Source: Limisphaerales bacterium
Lineage (GTDB): Bacteria > Verrucomicrobiota > Verrucomicrobiia > Limisphaerales > JAJOIW01
Length of the DNA: 64,000 nt
Assembly: GCA_965657355.1 (NCBI GenBank)
Contig: CBFHOE010000009.1
Location: forward strand, 96,001 to 160,000
Reading direction: 5' to 3'
Both the position numbers and the translations under genes were made by a program. Positions 31,875-42,708 of this stretch are shown here, one piece after another (position 1 is the first letter of the stretch; each line of letters opens with the position of its first letter). The notes beneath the pieces are model-generated. The model did no database searches, was not told the DNA's origin, and saw only the letters and a program-made list of their open reading frames with translations.

Positions 31875-31908
31875 ATTTTAGTTGGTATATGTTACAATTT
31901 CATGGCTG
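31875..31908 (-). promoter_or_regulatory. Putative Pho box plus -10 element
   Basis: CAGCCATGAAATTGTAAC (13/18 to CTGTCATAAAACTGTCAC), then exactly 10 nt, then TAAAAT, 9 nt before the phosphatase ATG. Confidence 0.5.
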
Positions 31909-31995
31909 AATCACTATAAAACTTTAAAGCTGTTATGAATGTTAAAAATTTACCATTTCCATAATACGAGGTGGTAATTTTACTGAAAATTATTT

Positions 31996-32460
31996 TCACC
32001 TGAAACGTCTGAGGGAAATGACACCATTTTCCGAATTGAAGTGAATTTTTCTACCAAAATTTCCACCCACATCTATTGCTAAAATATCGATACCAGCCTC
32101 CCGCAATTCACTCACAGCTAGAACCGCATTCCTCCAACCAATATTTAAAATGGACTCCCTGTCTTGTCCTACCTCCTTTCCGCCAAAAACTTTTGCAATT
32201 AGGTTATGTTTTCGAGAGCCCACTTTTTCCATTTCTTGGATTAACTTTGAAATGGCTATATTTCCAAAGCGAGGAGAGGGTAAACCACTACCATCCCAAA
32301 TGGGAAGAACGTAGTGATTCATCCCAGCGTGTTTTAAGTGTTTATCCCATAGACAAACAGCGATACACGTACCGAGAACAGTACTTATGACAGAGGGTTC
32401 AGTTGCAATGAAAATCGCACCAGAATGGACGAATTGCGGCGCTGTAAAAGATGTGTCCAT
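31996..32460 (-). CDS. cheD: Chemoreceptor glutamine deamidase CheD
   Basis: STVLGTCIAVCLWD, GMNHYVLP, AKVFGG, NIG.RN, DVGG..GRKI.F. Track start 32472. Confidence 0.92.
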   Translation of the reverse strand: MDTSFTAPQFVHSGAIFIATEPSVISTVLGTCIAVCLWDKHLKHAGMNHYVLPIWDGSGLPSPRFGNIAISKLIQEMEKVGSRKHNLIAKVFGGKEVGQDRESILNIGWRNAVLAVSELREAGIDILAIDVGGNFGRKIHFNSENGVISLRRFR

Positions 32461-32468
32461 CTCTAAAC

Positions 32469-32861
32469 TCAAATTAAGTTATCCTCTCCGAGCACGAATT
32501 TTACGGTATCGCCAGGTAAGCTAAAATCAATCGCATTTAATATGAGGTGTATAGCTATGCCACATGGCATATTTCTACCCGAGACCAAAGTGGCTTCGAA
32601 CCCATTATTCTCCACTACAATGCGAACCGATTTCCCTTCAAGTTTCCAATCAGATTGTTTGATGACATCATTGATTAGGTTTTCCAGATGATAACTCAAG
32701 GAATGAGTTTCAAATTGCAGATGTTTACCTGTCTTTATGAAATTCTCAAAATCATCGGGTTTGGTATCTATAAGCCTGGATGTCATTACCAGCATTGAAG
32801 TAACAGGGTTATTAATTTCGTTCCTTACACGAGAAAGAAATTGTGTTCTCAAAGATACCAA
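32469..32861 (-). pseudogene. Truncated histidine-kinase-like ORF (H-box His replaced by Asn, no G boxes)
   Basis: FLSRVRNEINNPVTSML resembles a HisKA H-box and HLILNAIDFS an N-box. The ORF ends before the D/G1/F/G2 boxes and is only 130 aa. Confidence 0.55.
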
Positions 32862-32950
32862 AAGCAGATTGGGAAAAATTTGTTATTTCGACCTGTTTTT
32901 TAAGAAGACTTAAATTTTTAATTCCAGATTTCTGGCTCACAGGCTTTGGT

Positions 32951-34099
32951 TTAAATTCGACCTAGCTTAACAACTTCCGATGCTATTTTTTCCAATGGAA
33001 GAACTTGGTTTACACCCCCGAGTTTAACAGCTTCATGGGGCATACCATAGACCACACATGTATTTTCATCTTGTGCTATATTATGAGCACCTGCTTTTTT
33101 CATCTCAACCATCCCTCTAGCGCCGTCATCACCCATGCCAGTCAAAATAACGCCCACCACATTGGATCCCGCATATCTTGATGCAGAGCGAAAAAGAACA
33201 TCGACGGCGGGTCTATGGCGGTTGACCAAAGGTCCATCATTTGTTGTAACGTAATATCGAGCACCACTTCTTTTTAGAAGCATATGCTTATTACCTGGAG
33301 CTATTAAAGCCCTTCCAGGAATGACAGAGTCATTATCCACTGCTTCCTTGACTTGAATTTGGCAGCACTGATCCAAACGAGATGCAAATTGGGCTGTGAA
33401 CTTTTCAGGCATGTGCTGAACAATGCATATACCGGGCGCATTGGCGGGTAATGCTTCAAGTAAAACCCTAAGAGCTTCAGTTCCTCCGGTTGAAGCACCA
33501 ACTACAATGACTTTTTCAGTTGTTTGGATCATAGCCGATGAATTATTTGCAGACATAATGATATCGGCTGATTGTTTTTTGGGGACTGGTTCTTTCCTTT
33601 TTGAAGAAATAGGACCAATTCTACGTAGTCGATGACTCGCAGCGGCAGCAGCTTTGACCGCGTCACAAATTCTCAATGCGGATTCCTCAATAAACCCTTT
33701 CGCATTCATCTGAGGTTTAGTGATTATTTCAACTGCTCCATTTTCGAGAGCGGCAAGTGCGGTAGCTGACCCTTCCTCTGTTAAGCTTGAACAAACGACG
33801 ACTGGTATGGGCCGCTGTGCCATTAGTCTTTTCAGGAAGGTGATCCCGTCCATCTTAGGCATTTCAACATCTAAGGTGATAACATCAGGCACCTCTTTAC
33901 CGATTCTTTCGACCGCAGCAAATGGATCTTGTGCGGTTCCCATAACTTCGACCATTGAATCACTTTCCAGAACGGCTTTCATCGACTGTCTCACAGATGC
34001 AGAATCGTCGACTATAAGAACTCTTATCTTCCTCGAAAGCCGACCCCTATTTGGAATATCAGAAATGGCGCCCGACATATTTGGTTGAGGTAAGGCCAT
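32951..34099 (-). CDS. cheB: Chemotaxis methylesterase CheB
   Basis: REC domain ([15 protein letters not shown]) plus esterase motifs GASTGG, VQHMP, TGMGDDG. Confidence 0.97.
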   Translation of the reverse strand: MALPQPNMSGAISDIPNRGRLSRKIRVLIVDDSASVRQSMKAVLESDSMVEVMGTAQDPFAAVERIGKEVPDVITLDVEMPKMDGITFLKRLMAQRPIPVVVCSSLTEEGSATALAALENGAVEIITKPQMNAKGFIEESALRICDAVKAAAAASHRLRRIGPISSKRKEPVPKKQSADIIMSANNSSAMIQTTEKVIVVGASTGGTEALRVLLEALPANAPGICIVQHMPEKFTAQFASRLDQCCQIQVKEAVDNDSVIPGRALIAPGNKHMLLKRSGARYYVTTNDGPLVNRHRPAVDVLFRSASRYAGSNVVGVILTGMGDDGARGMVEMKKAGAHNIAQDENTCVVYGMPHEAVKLGGVNQVLPLEKIASEVVKLGRI

Positions 34100-34109
34100 G
34101 ATATTTATT

Positions 34110-35018
34110 TTATTTTATTTTTTGAAAGACAGCAGTTGATACCTGCTCGACAGGAACATTTAGATTAATAATTGATTCGGTATGCCCTACGAATAGAAAC
34201 CCATTGGGACGCAAATTTTGGCAGAGTTTATTGATTACTTTTTCTTTAGTCTCATTATCAAAATAGATCATCACATTCCTAAAGAAAATCACATCGAACA
34301 TGGTTTTAATTCCATAGTCCTGATTCATAAAATTTAAACGAGCGAACCTGAGTTTCTTTCTGATAGAGGGGACAAATCGAATTTCACCACTATATTTTCC
34401 TCTACCTCTTAACATATACTTTTTTTTCAGATCACTTGGCACAGGATGAATAATAGTGTTCGGATAAACACCTGCTTGAGCAGATCTCAATACCCTTGTA
34501 GAAATATCTGTAGCGAGCAAACTCCAATCAAAACTCGAATTCCTTTGTCCAAATTCCGAGAGAACCATGGCTGTTGTATAAGCCTCCTCCCCAGTGGAAC
34601 ACCCTGCGCACCAATGGCGATATTGGAATGAACTTCCTTTCGGGGAATTTGACTGTAATTTTGGAAGAACTGATCGCGATAAGTAATCAAAGTGGCGTTC
34701 TTCACGGAAGAAATCTGTTTTATTCGTTGTAACAACATCATAAAAATTGACCCTCTCTTTGTTCCCTTCTGGAGTGCTACCAAAGATCAGGTCCTGATAT
34801 TCTTTCACTCCCAGATTAAGTTTTCTTAGACGTCTATCAAGCCTGCTTTGAAGCATCCCCCTCTTATTTGCTGGCATCCTAATACCTAAATGATCGGTCA
34901 CGTAAGCTGAAAAGGATTCGAATTCTTTATCTGTTAGTCTGACAGCTGGAGGTAATTTTTTTTCTTCAATGTTCATCTGGACTCTAGTGTATCTCTTAGT
35001 ATGAAATTCATACCGCAT
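34110..35018 (-). CDS. cheR: Chemotaxis methyltransferase CheR
   Basis: [48 protein letters not shown]. The start may be ATG 34976. Confidence 0.96.
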   Translation of the reverse strand: MRYEFHTKRYTRVQMNIEEKKLPPAVRLTDKEFESFSAYVTDHLGIRMPANKRGMLQSRLDRRLRKLNLGVKEYQDLIFGSTPEGNKERVNFYDVVTTNKTDFFREERHFDYLSRSVLPKLQSNSPKGSSFQYRHWCAGCSTGEEAYTTAMVLSEFGQRNSSFDWSLLATDISTRVLRSAQAGVYPNTIIHPVPSDLKKKYMLRGRGKYSGEIRFVPSIRKKLRFARLNFMNQDYGIKTMFDVIFFRNVMIYFDNETKEKVINKLCQNLRPNGFLFVGHTESIINLNVPVEQVSTAVFQKIK

Positions 35019-35070
35019 GAAAAAACTCTACTTAGGTTGGGGGTATTATGCCCCCTCCTGGTATAAATGA

Positions 35071-35592
35071 TTAATGCGCCAGTTCTTTTTCGACAGGTGT
35101 AGTATCGCTAGTTTCGGCGGCCCGCGATAATTCACTCACCGAGAATACTCGATCGATATCAAGAACCATAATGAACTCATCTTCTAATCGAGCCATACCC
35201 TGAATAAGATCTGTCCTCCATCCAGATGCAATCTTTGGGGGCGGTCCAATTTTGGAAGAATCGATCTCGATGACATTATGCACCGAATCGGCTAAGCCTC
35301 CCACGACAGTAATTTCACCATCTAATTCTAACTCCATTACAAGAATCCGTGTATTGACGGTGTCCTGCTGACTTGTCATGCCAAACTTTGACCTTAGATC
35401 GACCACAGGAATGGCAACCCCTCGCACATTCACAACTCCTCGCATGTAGTGCGGTGCTGTAGGGACCCTAGTTATCTGGGTTAAGGCCAAAACCTCTCTC
35501 ACCTGAGTTACACAGGTGGCAAACATTTCACCATCTAATTTGAAAGTAATGTAATGTTTGGCATCAAAATCGTTTGTATTATTTTCATCCAT
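35071..35592 (-). CDS. cheW: Chemotaxis adaptor CheW
   Basis: YITFKL..E.FA, VREV, ITRVP.AP.YMRGVVNVRG..IPVVDLR, GGLADSV. Confidence 0.96.
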   Translation of the reverse strand: MDENNTNDFDAKHYITFKLDGEMFATCVTQVREVLALTQITRVPTAPHYMRGVVNVRGVAIPVVDLRSKFGMTSQQDTVNTRILVMELELDGEITVVGGLADSVHNVIEIDSSKIGPPPKIASGWRTDLIQGMARLEDEFIMVLDIDRVFSVSELSRAAETSDTTPVEKELAH

Positions 35593-35612
35593 ATTATTAT
35601 GCTTTCAAGGGT

Positions 35613-37406
35613 TTAGAACTTTTCAAATTCTTCGTCCAGTGAATCACCGCCTCCGCTAGTTTCGGACAGGGAAATGGATTGACCAGGGTTGCGAGATAAA
35701 GAATCTGAAGTAAGAGAGTAGATTCTATTTGAAGAAGGCGCTTGTGCATGCGTTCCATTAACCGAACTTTGTGCTGGTTGAGTAGCGTAGCTGGTGGAGA
35801 AGCCTACTCCGTTCCCACCGTTATCGACTTTGAAGAACCCCATTGAGGATTGAAGTTGTTGCGCTTGGCTTGAAAGTTCCTCAGCAGTGCTAGCCATTTC
35901 TTCAGATGAGCTAGCATTCTGTTGAATGACCTGATCGAGATCTTGCAATGCTTTGTTAACATGCTGAGCGCCTGATGATTGCTCACCACTAGCGACATTA
36001 ATCTCCTGAACCAGGTTTGCTGTTTTATTGATATCAGGAACAAGTTGAGTCAACATTTCACCAGCTTTCTCAGCTCTTCCAACACCATCTTTAGAGACTT
36101 GACTAATATCTGCGGCTGCAGCTGCACTGCGCTCTGCTAATTTTCTCACTTCACTAGCAACCACAGCAAAACCTTTCCCATGATCCCCCGCTCTTGCAGC
36201 TTCAACTGCTGCATTCAATGCTAATAAGTCTGTGGTTCTGGCAATCTCCTCAACAATACTGATTTTCTCCGCAATATCTTTCATTGCAATCACAGTACTC
36301 GCTACTGCCTCTCGGCTGTTCTCAGCTTTTTCGGAAGCATGCCTCGCAATTTGGTCAGTTTGTCTGGCATTGTCAGCATTTTGTTGAATGCTTGATGTCA
36401 TTTCTTCCATCGAACTGCTGCTTTCCTCTGCTGCAGCACTCTGACGGCAGGCACCTTCAGAAATCTGTTGAGCAGAATCACTCATCTGCTGAGACCCACT
36501 GGCTACATTATCAGAGGCAGAGCTTACCTCGTTGACAACTCGCTGAAGATTGGAAACCATACCATTAAAAGCTCGCACTGTATCTCCTATTTCGTCTTTT
36601 GACTTCGAGTTCACAATATTCGTGAGATCCCCGTCAGCCACTCGCTCAACCATTTCAACAGTCTCAGCCAGCGGCTTAGATACGGTTTTTCTCAAAAGAA
36701 ATACGATTAATGTGGCAATGACTATTGTTACCGGAACTATCCAACCAACCGTCTTTACCATAGCAGCGCTGCTTTCCGCGTTTATACGGTCGAGAGGTGA
36801 TTTCAGGAGAAAAGCTCCATGAATCTGACCGACCTTCCATCCTTCCATCTTGAAGCCTGCAATATCTTTTCCATCACCAGTGGGGCTAGTTTTGGGATCA
36901 CCATGGCAAGCCATGCAGTCTCTACTTAATTCAATTGGTCTGGCATAGACGATTTCATTCCGTTTACTATCAACTGCAAAATATTCTTCAACATCACCAG
37001 TTTCGAGGATATCGAGAATTTTTTCCTCATCTGCCGTTGGGTTATTTTTGGGGTTTCGGGCTTTACGTTTTGGGATACGGAATTCAAACCCCTCTTTCTT
37101 GGCACCAGCCTCAATGGCTTCCCATGCAGCCACAACAGGGATTGTTTTATACATCGTGGATCCTTTAAGGTCCCCACTTTCCTGGTATTCTTTAATAAGT
37201 CTATCCATATCAAAAGCATTGCTTCGACTAAGATCGGATATGCTGTCCCTTACATTTTCTGCCTCAATGATGGCTGTTCTCATTGTGTTCTTCGTCAAAT
37301 TGATTCCTTGTTGACGAATAACGTTTCTCTGAACCATCAGCCCGACACCAACGCACGTGACGATGGATGCGACCGTGATGATTGTAATTTTTGGTCCTAG
37401 TTTCAT
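35613..37406 (-). CDS. Methyl-accepting chemotaxis protein with periplasmic c-type heme (DUF3365/Tll0287-like) sensor
   Basis: TM1; [29 protein letters not shown]2; HAMP; signalling tip [37 protein letters not shown]-terminal pentapeptide EFEKF. Confidence 0.95.
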   Translation of the reverse strand: MKLGPKITIITVASIVTCVGVGLMVQRNVIRQQGINLTKNTMRTAIIEAENVRDSISDLSRSNAFDMDRLIKEYQESGDLKGSTMYKTIPVVAAWEAIEAGAKKEGFEFRIPKRKARNPKNNPTADEEKILDILETGDVEEYFAVDSKRNEIVYARPIELSRDCMACHGDPKTSPTGDGKDIAGFKMEGWKVGQIHGAFLLKSPLDRINAESSAAMVKTVGWIVPVTIVIATLIVFLLRKTVSKPLAETVEMVERVADGDLTNIVNSKSKDEIGDTVRAFNGMVSNLQRVVNEVSSASDNVASGSQQMSDSAQQISEGACRQSAAAEESSSSMEEMTSSIQQNADNARQTDQIARHASEKAENSREAVASTVIAMKDIAEKISIVEEIARTTDLLALNAAVEAARAGDHGKGFAVVASEVRKLAERSAAAAADISQVSKDGVGRAEKAGEMLTQLVPDINKTANLVQEINVASGEQSSGAQHVNKALQDLDQVIQQNASSSEEMASTAEELSSQAQQLQSSMGFFKVDNGGNGVGFSTSYATQPAQSSVNGTHAQAPSSNRIYSLTSDSLSRNPGQSISLSETSGGGDSLDEEFEKF

Positions 37407-37415
37407 AGTGTTTTT

Positions 37416-39440
37416 TTAATTATTTTTTCTGTTTTGATGCTTGATTAAATTTTTTGATTTATGGGCTTCCCGAACGATTCCAGAAGGATCCAAAATTAAT
37501 GCAACGCAACCGTCGCCAAGGACCGTGCTGCCTGAGACGATTTCCAGATCTTCATAAAATCTACCCAATGGCTGGATAACGGTTTGATGGTTGCCCAACA
37601 CTCGATCCACGGTAAATCCGACACGACCACTATCAGTGTTAGTGACGACTACCGTTTCATAAGAAGGGGCGTTTCCGGGAATATTGAATAGATCACGAAG
37701 ACGAGTGAAAGGCACTAACTCACCACGAACCGCCAGTGTTCCTCGTATTTGGCATTTTTGTTTATCCTTTTCAGAAAGTTCTACGTTTTCTTTTACTGAT
37801 GACATCGGTAGGATGTAAGTTGTTTTATCAACTTCAACTAACATTCCCTCAATGATTGCCAAAGTTAGTGGTAGGGTAATAATAAATGTTGTTCCCTCTC
37901 CCTGTTTGGAATCAATTTCAATAGAACCACGAAGGCTTTCTAAAGTTCGTTTTACGACATCCATTCCAACACCACGACCGGATACGCTCGATACGGTTGA
38001 AGCGGTTGAAAAACCGGGAGCAAAAATAAATGAGAATATCTCATCGTCAGAAGGATCGGCTTCCTGCTTGATGATTCCACGGTCTATTGCTTTTTTAAGA
38101 ATCACATCTCTATCCAGTCCTCTGCCATCATCTTGAAGTAAAATTTGGACTGATCCACCAACATGAGCAGCCTTGAGCGTGATAGTTCCATGTTTGGGCT
38201 TCTCCCCCAATTCCCTTATCTCTGTGGATTCGATACCATGGTCCAGGGCATTTCTTAAAAGATGTAATAAAGGATCCGTCAAGCGATCCAATACGGTTTT
38301 ATCTAATTCGGTTTCACCACCCTCGGTAATAAAATCTATTTTTTTATCTAGCTCAGCCGACAAATCACGAACCAATCGTTTAAATCGAGTAAAGGTGGAA
38401 CCAATAGGGGTCATCCTGATACCCAATACCCCATCTCTTAGATCATCAACGAGCCGCCCCAAAGATTCTGCGACATTATCTAAATCCGGATCAGCATATT
38501 TCTCAGTAACTTGACCTAAACGAGCCCTATTAATAACTAGCTCTCCGACGAGGTTCACTAGCTTGTCTAATCTATCTGATGTGACTCTAACTGTAGATTT
38601 TTGGACTATTGACCTGTCAGCAGTTTCGAGTTTTGATGCATTTTGATTCTCATCACTAGGTATGTCCTCGTTCCTCTCATTTTCTGGAGTTTTGTCACCA
38701 GATGCAATTGTTTCTCCTTTGGGTTCCTGCTCGTTGCCATCAGTTTTTTCTTTAGAAATTTTTATAGTGGCACCAGTTTCCACAAATATGAATACGTCAC
38801 GTATGGCGTGTTCGCCAACATCTGTAGTCAGCACAATATCCCATGACATATGACACTCCTCTGGATTTAGATCATCGAATGTTGCAAGTGATTTTGTAGA
38901 GCATTTTATGGAACATTCGCCAAGAGCTCTTAATTCATCCAACAGACAAACGGGATTCATACCCGAAGTAAAAAGGTCAACGTCGGGTTCAAAATATATC
39001 TTCCAAGTTTCGATGGCCCTGGTTTTTGGTTCGGTATCCTTTTCAGATATGACTTGATCGAAGGTTTCGTTTACCTTTAATCGAGCTTTAACCCTATTAG
39101 CCATGCTCGAGACACGCTCCTCATCTGCGCTGTTATCAAGTAGTTCGGAAATGAGGTCTCTAGATTCCAGACATAAGCTTATAATTTCAGCGTCGACAGA
39201 CATCTTTCCAGCACGAATTTGATCAAGGAGAGTTTCTAGGTGATGTGTAAAGCCCGCTAGTTCTTGGAAACCGAACATCGAACCTGAGCCCTTAATGGTG
39301 TGGAAAGCTCTGAAAAGCCGGTTCACTGATTCGCTATCTGTAGGGTTGGCCTCTAGCTCCAGAAGAACCTCCTCAATCTCTTCCAGAAGCTCTTTTGCTT
39401 CAATGAGAAATTTTTCAACTATTTGTTCGTTGGCACTCAT
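37416..39440 (-). CDS. cheA: Chemotaxis histidine kinase CheA
   Basis: Hpt FRAFHTIKGSG, P2-like region, LDKLVNLVGELVI, HLLRNALDHGIE, DDGRG, SGRGVGMDVV, CheW-like P5. Confidence 0.97.
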   Translation of the reverse strand: MSANEQIVEKFLIEAKELLEEIEEVLLELEANPTDSESVNRLFRAFHTIKGSGSMFGFQELAGFTHHLETLLDQIRAGKMSVDAEIISLCLESRDLISELLDNSADEERVSSMANRVKARLKVNETFDQVISEKDTEPKTRAIETWKIYFEPDVDLFTSGMNPVCLLDELRALGECSIKCSTKSLATFDDLNPEECHMSWDIVLTTDVGEHAIRDVFIFVETGATIKISKEKTDGNEQEPKGETIASGDKTPENERNEDIPSDENQNASKLETADRSIVQKSTVRVTSDRLDKLVNLVGELVINRARLGQVTEKYADPDLDNVAESLGRLVDDLRDGVLGIRMTPIGSTFTRFKRLVRDLSAELDKKIDFITEGGETELDKTVLDRLTDPLLHLLRNALDHGIESTEIRELGEKPKHGTITLKAAHVGGSVQILLQDDGRGLDRDVILKKAIDRGIIKQEADPSDDEIFSFIFAPGFSTASTVSSVSGRGVGMDVVKRTLESLRGSIEIDSKQGEGTTFIITLPLTLAIIEGMLVEVDKTTYILPMSSVKENVELSEKDKQKCQIRGTLAVRGELVPFTRLRDLFNIPGNAPSYETVVVTNTDSGRVGFTVDRVLGNHQTVIQPLGRFYEDLEIVSGSTVLGDGCVALILDPSGIVREAHKSKNLIKHQNRKNN

Positions 39441-39465
39441 TATATCAGAAAATAATCATGCTCGC

Positions 39466-39831
39466 TTACGCCAAGACCCTTTGAATAACTTTCAACAACT
39501 GTTCCTGACGAAATGGCTTTACAATCCAACCCGTTGCGCCAGCCTCTTTACCCTCCAATTTCGTCGAGGCTATGGATTCAGTAGTCAGCATAATGATTGG
39601 AATGAATTTGTGAGACTCCAGAGCTCTTACTTGACGACATAATTCTAATCCATTCATTCGTGGCATATTCAAATCAGAGATCATCATGTCGATGGTGTTA
39701 TTGTTTAATTTTTCGAGTGCATCAACACCATCCTCAGCCTCCTCGACATCGTAACCAACGGATTCCAATGTCATACGTACCATGGCACGTATGCTGGACG
39801 AGTCATCTACAGTCATGATTTTTTTACTCAT
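39466..39831 (-). CDS. cheY: Chemotaxis response regulator CheY
   Basis: Stand-alone REC: IMTVDDS, SDLNMP, MLTTES, GATGWIVKPF. Confidence 0.93.
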   Translation of the reverse strand: MSKKIMTVDDSSSIRAMVRMTLESVGYDVEEAEDGVDALEKLNNNTIDMMISDLNMPRMNGLELCRQVRALESHKFIPIIMLTTESIASTKLEGKEAGATGWIVKPFRQEQLLKVIQRVLA

Positions 39832-39858
39832 ATTAAAAACCTTTTATTTGTTATCTAT

Positions 39859-40140
39859 TCATTTTAAAAACTCATCTTCAGAAACACCGAGACATTTGGC
39901 CATTTCGATGACGGGGGAGCTTGGGTTTACTATTTCTAAATCGAAAGAATTGGCGTTGGCTGATTGTCTGGCTAAGCACAAAAATTGTATTCCAGCGGCA
40001 TCACTTTTTTCGACACCTGCGAGATTGATGCAAACACGGCCCTTTTGGATTATTAGCTTATTAAATGCATCACCAATTTCCTTACAGCTACTTATATTTA
40101 GAGCCCCCTGAATGTTTAATGTCTGTGTAGATGTCTCCAT
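39859..40140 (-). CDS. STAS domain protein
   Basis: LNIQGALNI, INLAGVEKSDAAGIQFL; sits just before cheY-cheA. Likely ATG 40140 after GAGGG (track start 40164). Confidence 0.82.
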   Translation of the reverse strand: METSTQTLNIQGALNISSCKEIGDAFNKLIIQKGRVCINLAGVEKSDAAGIQFLCLARQSANANSFDLEIVNPSSPVIEMAKCLGVSEDEFLK

Positions 40141-40160
40141 TGTCCCCTCGTTTTTGCTAG

Positions 40161-42035
40161 TCAAAAAAAAATATCTTCTAAATCGTCAAGTTCCTCTTCT
40201 TGGTCGGTGGTATTCTGATTTAGGTTTTTTTCAGTCTGCTCTTCAGAATCACCATCTGAAATTCGAAGTGTGGCTTTGTGTTTCCCCGAATGCTTGCCTT
40301 GGGTTACCTCATGACATATCTCCCTCTCAGAATCCATCGTGTAATGCTCAGAATTAAGAAATCCATTACCTTCACTATTATATATATTTGAGGTATTTAA
40401 TTGAGATATGTGAGATTGCACCTGCTCAGAAAATGCGCTAAGAGCTACGTGATGTATCTCAAGCGATTGGGCCATTTCACGCAAATTTTTGAGAACTTGG
40501 TTGTTCTCGTAAATTTCAGTGCGCAATTGGTTCGCACGAATGTTTGAATCAAGGCGTGTTTTATCTAACTGCTTGCGGAGATTGACAAGTTTGGTAATGG
40601 ACTCACGAATACGGATTTCGTCTTTTTGGGTGAACCCAGCAATCTCGTTTTCATCCATGCTTATCAGCCCTCTGGCTTTTTCTTCAGCCTTTTGAAATGA
40701 TTCATCAAGATCTTTGATAACCTTTTCGGCCATGGCTTGAAATCCGCAGATTTCATCGGACAAGGTTCTGAAAACCAGCCCTTCTGTTCCAAATTTTGTT
40801 GCTTTGATCGTGGTATTTTTAGCAAGAAGCCAAAGCCTACCGTTGACTGTCCAAATGTCTTTTCTGTGACGAGACATGGATTGGATAGTATTAATGCTAT
40901 ACGAAAGTGAGTGATCAATAGCACCGGTAGCCTCCATTGTGGATGTTATGGCTGATGCTAGGTGCTGTAGATCCACCGTGACCTTATCAAATAGATTCTT
41001 AATATTATTTGATTCTGAGGATTCCTTTTCATCGACAGTCTCGATCAGGCTATTGACAATGAACTCCATCCTATCCACCGCTTCAGATGTCTCATTGACT
41101 AATGAACTTAATTGGCCGCATTGCACGTGGATAGCCTCACTGATACCAGTCAGCTCATTAGCGTCTAAGTTTTCAGTTTTAAAAAACTCAACAATCTTAT
41201 GAAAAACTTCTAGTATATGTTCACTTTTTTGCCGGACAATATCCCCAAATTGAAGATAATAAACTCCTTCTGAAGCGAGCTTCGAAATTTTCTGGCCCTG
41301 GGATTCTCCATCAGAAACCATGACCGAAACACAATCAGTGAGTTCTCTAACGTAACCAGGTAATAACTCCACGCCTTGGCCTACTGATGTATTGGTAGAA
41401 CACAAAGAATCTGCGATCGACTCGAGTTCCTTACTTTCATTTAAAAGTCCACTATTAACTTTGAAGGAATCCTCTTGTATGGTTCTTAACCTTGTTAATA
41501 TTTGATTAACAACATCTTCCACCTGGTTCGGAAATCTATCGAATACCATGTTTGCCTTGGTGGACCCAGCACACTCTATTTTCATCCCAACGGCACACGT
41601 TCTTAAAACATCCAAATCAGAAATTGTTTTTTCGCAAGTCTTCATGACTTGAGTCATTTCACACCTCAATTCATTGAGAGTTACCAAACCGTTTTCGACT
41701 TGCTCCGCACTAGTAGAATATTGCTGATTAATTTGCAGAATCTGGGTATTTAATCTATTTCTAAAGTCCTCATTAAATGCCTCGAGCAAAGAACAATAAG
41801 CAGAGCTCATTTCCTTTCCATATTGACTAGTGTCATTGATGAGCCCACCAAACCAGCGACATGTATTTACAAATCGTTCTTCCAATAAATTAACGCTTGA
41901 GTCAAAATCTGATGAAATTTTCTGAAGTTCATTTAATAAAGATTGAGCTATGTCAGAAGTATTTTCTCTGTTTCCACTACCCTCAAGACGTGGCCCACAT
42001 TCTTCTTCATGAAAATTTGAATTTGTTAGCAACAT
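40161..42035 (-). CDS. Cytoplasmic coiled-coil chemotaxis protein with degenerate MCP-like hairpins and a CheZ-like DxxxQ motif
   Basis: No TM segment; LQFGDIVRQKSEHI; degenerate tip LWLLAKNTTIKATKFGTEGLVFRTLSDEI; YTMDSERE; acidic-hydrophobic tail ELDDLEDIFF. First gene of the che operon (track start 42071). Confidence 0.7.
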   Translation of the reverse strand: MLLTNSNFHEEECGPRLEGSGNRENTSDIAQSLLNELQKISSDFDSSVNLLEERFVNTCRWFGGLINDTSQYGKEMSSAYCSLLEAFNEDFRNRLNTQILQINQQYSTSAEQVENGLVTLNELRCEMTQVMKTCEKTISDLDVLRTCAVGMKIECAGSTKANMVFDRFPNQVEDVVNQILTRLRTIQEDSFKVNSGLLNESKELESIADSLCSTNTSVGQGVELLPGYVRELTDCVSVMVSDGESQGQKISKLASEGVYYLQFGDIVRQKSEHILEVFHKIVEFFKTENLDANELTGISEAIHVQCGQLSSLVNETSEAVDRMEFIVNSLIETVDEKESSESNNIKNLFDKVTVDLQHLASAITSTMEATGAIDHSLSYSINTIQSMSRHRKDIWTVNGRLWLLAKNTTIKATKFGTEGLVFRTLSDEICGFQAMAEKVIKDLDESFQKAEEKARGLISMDENEIAGFTQKDEIRIRESITKLVNLRKQLDKTRLDSNIRANQLRTEIYENNQVLKNLREMAQSLEIHHVALSAFSEQVQSHISQLNTSNIYNSEGNGFLNSEHYTMDSEREICHEVTQGKHSGKHKATLRISDGDSEEQTEKNLNQNTTDQEEELDDLEDIFF

Positions 42036-42708
42036 GCTTAGTTTTGAATTGATTGCGCAGGCCTTGTACAAGATCTAGGCAAAAATCACATGATATAAAA
42101 TTATAAAGCTTTTTAGTCAGAGCTTGATAAGAACTTTGGATGTCAGCTCAAACAAGCCACCATAAAGATGAGGCACTGATGTGCCTAGGATCTCAAATTT
42201 TCCCACCACTGGATCATCTGAATACAATTCACCCGTGATCATAAACTGGTTGACTGTGCCTCCTCTCACAGAGATACATTATATTTAGCGGCATATATTT
42301 CAGTTACTTAATATAATCGAAAAAACCCTCATGATTTATATTCTTTGCAGTCTCCAGCAATAAGGCGTATACCGAAGCGCTAGCATGTAATACAGCAAAA
42401 TTATCTTAGGCGAGGAAGCATGCGCAAAATCATGACAAAATGGGTCAGGGATATATTTTGGATACCTTTCACTGAAAAAGTGAACGTAAAAAAGAGAATT
42501 ATTCTTACTCAAAAAAATGGGCTATGATATAAAACAACTCAGAGGTTGAAAACAAAATATGGCTGCCCTTAATGCATTATACGTTCCGAGAAAAATTTGT
42601 ATCAATTTACAGGTTCGAGAGAGTTTCGCATACAAAGATGAATCGATAAAAAATCGAGGATACCAACTAATCTGAATCAAAAACTTTGATTCCCACAAAA
42701 GTTCTCGC

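Noticed and set aside
42300..42400. Minus-strand peptide HASASVYALLLETAKN resembling an IS66 transposase C-terminus
   Set aside because: The match is short, the upstream RKNWLF-type motif is absent, and no terminal repeats were seen.
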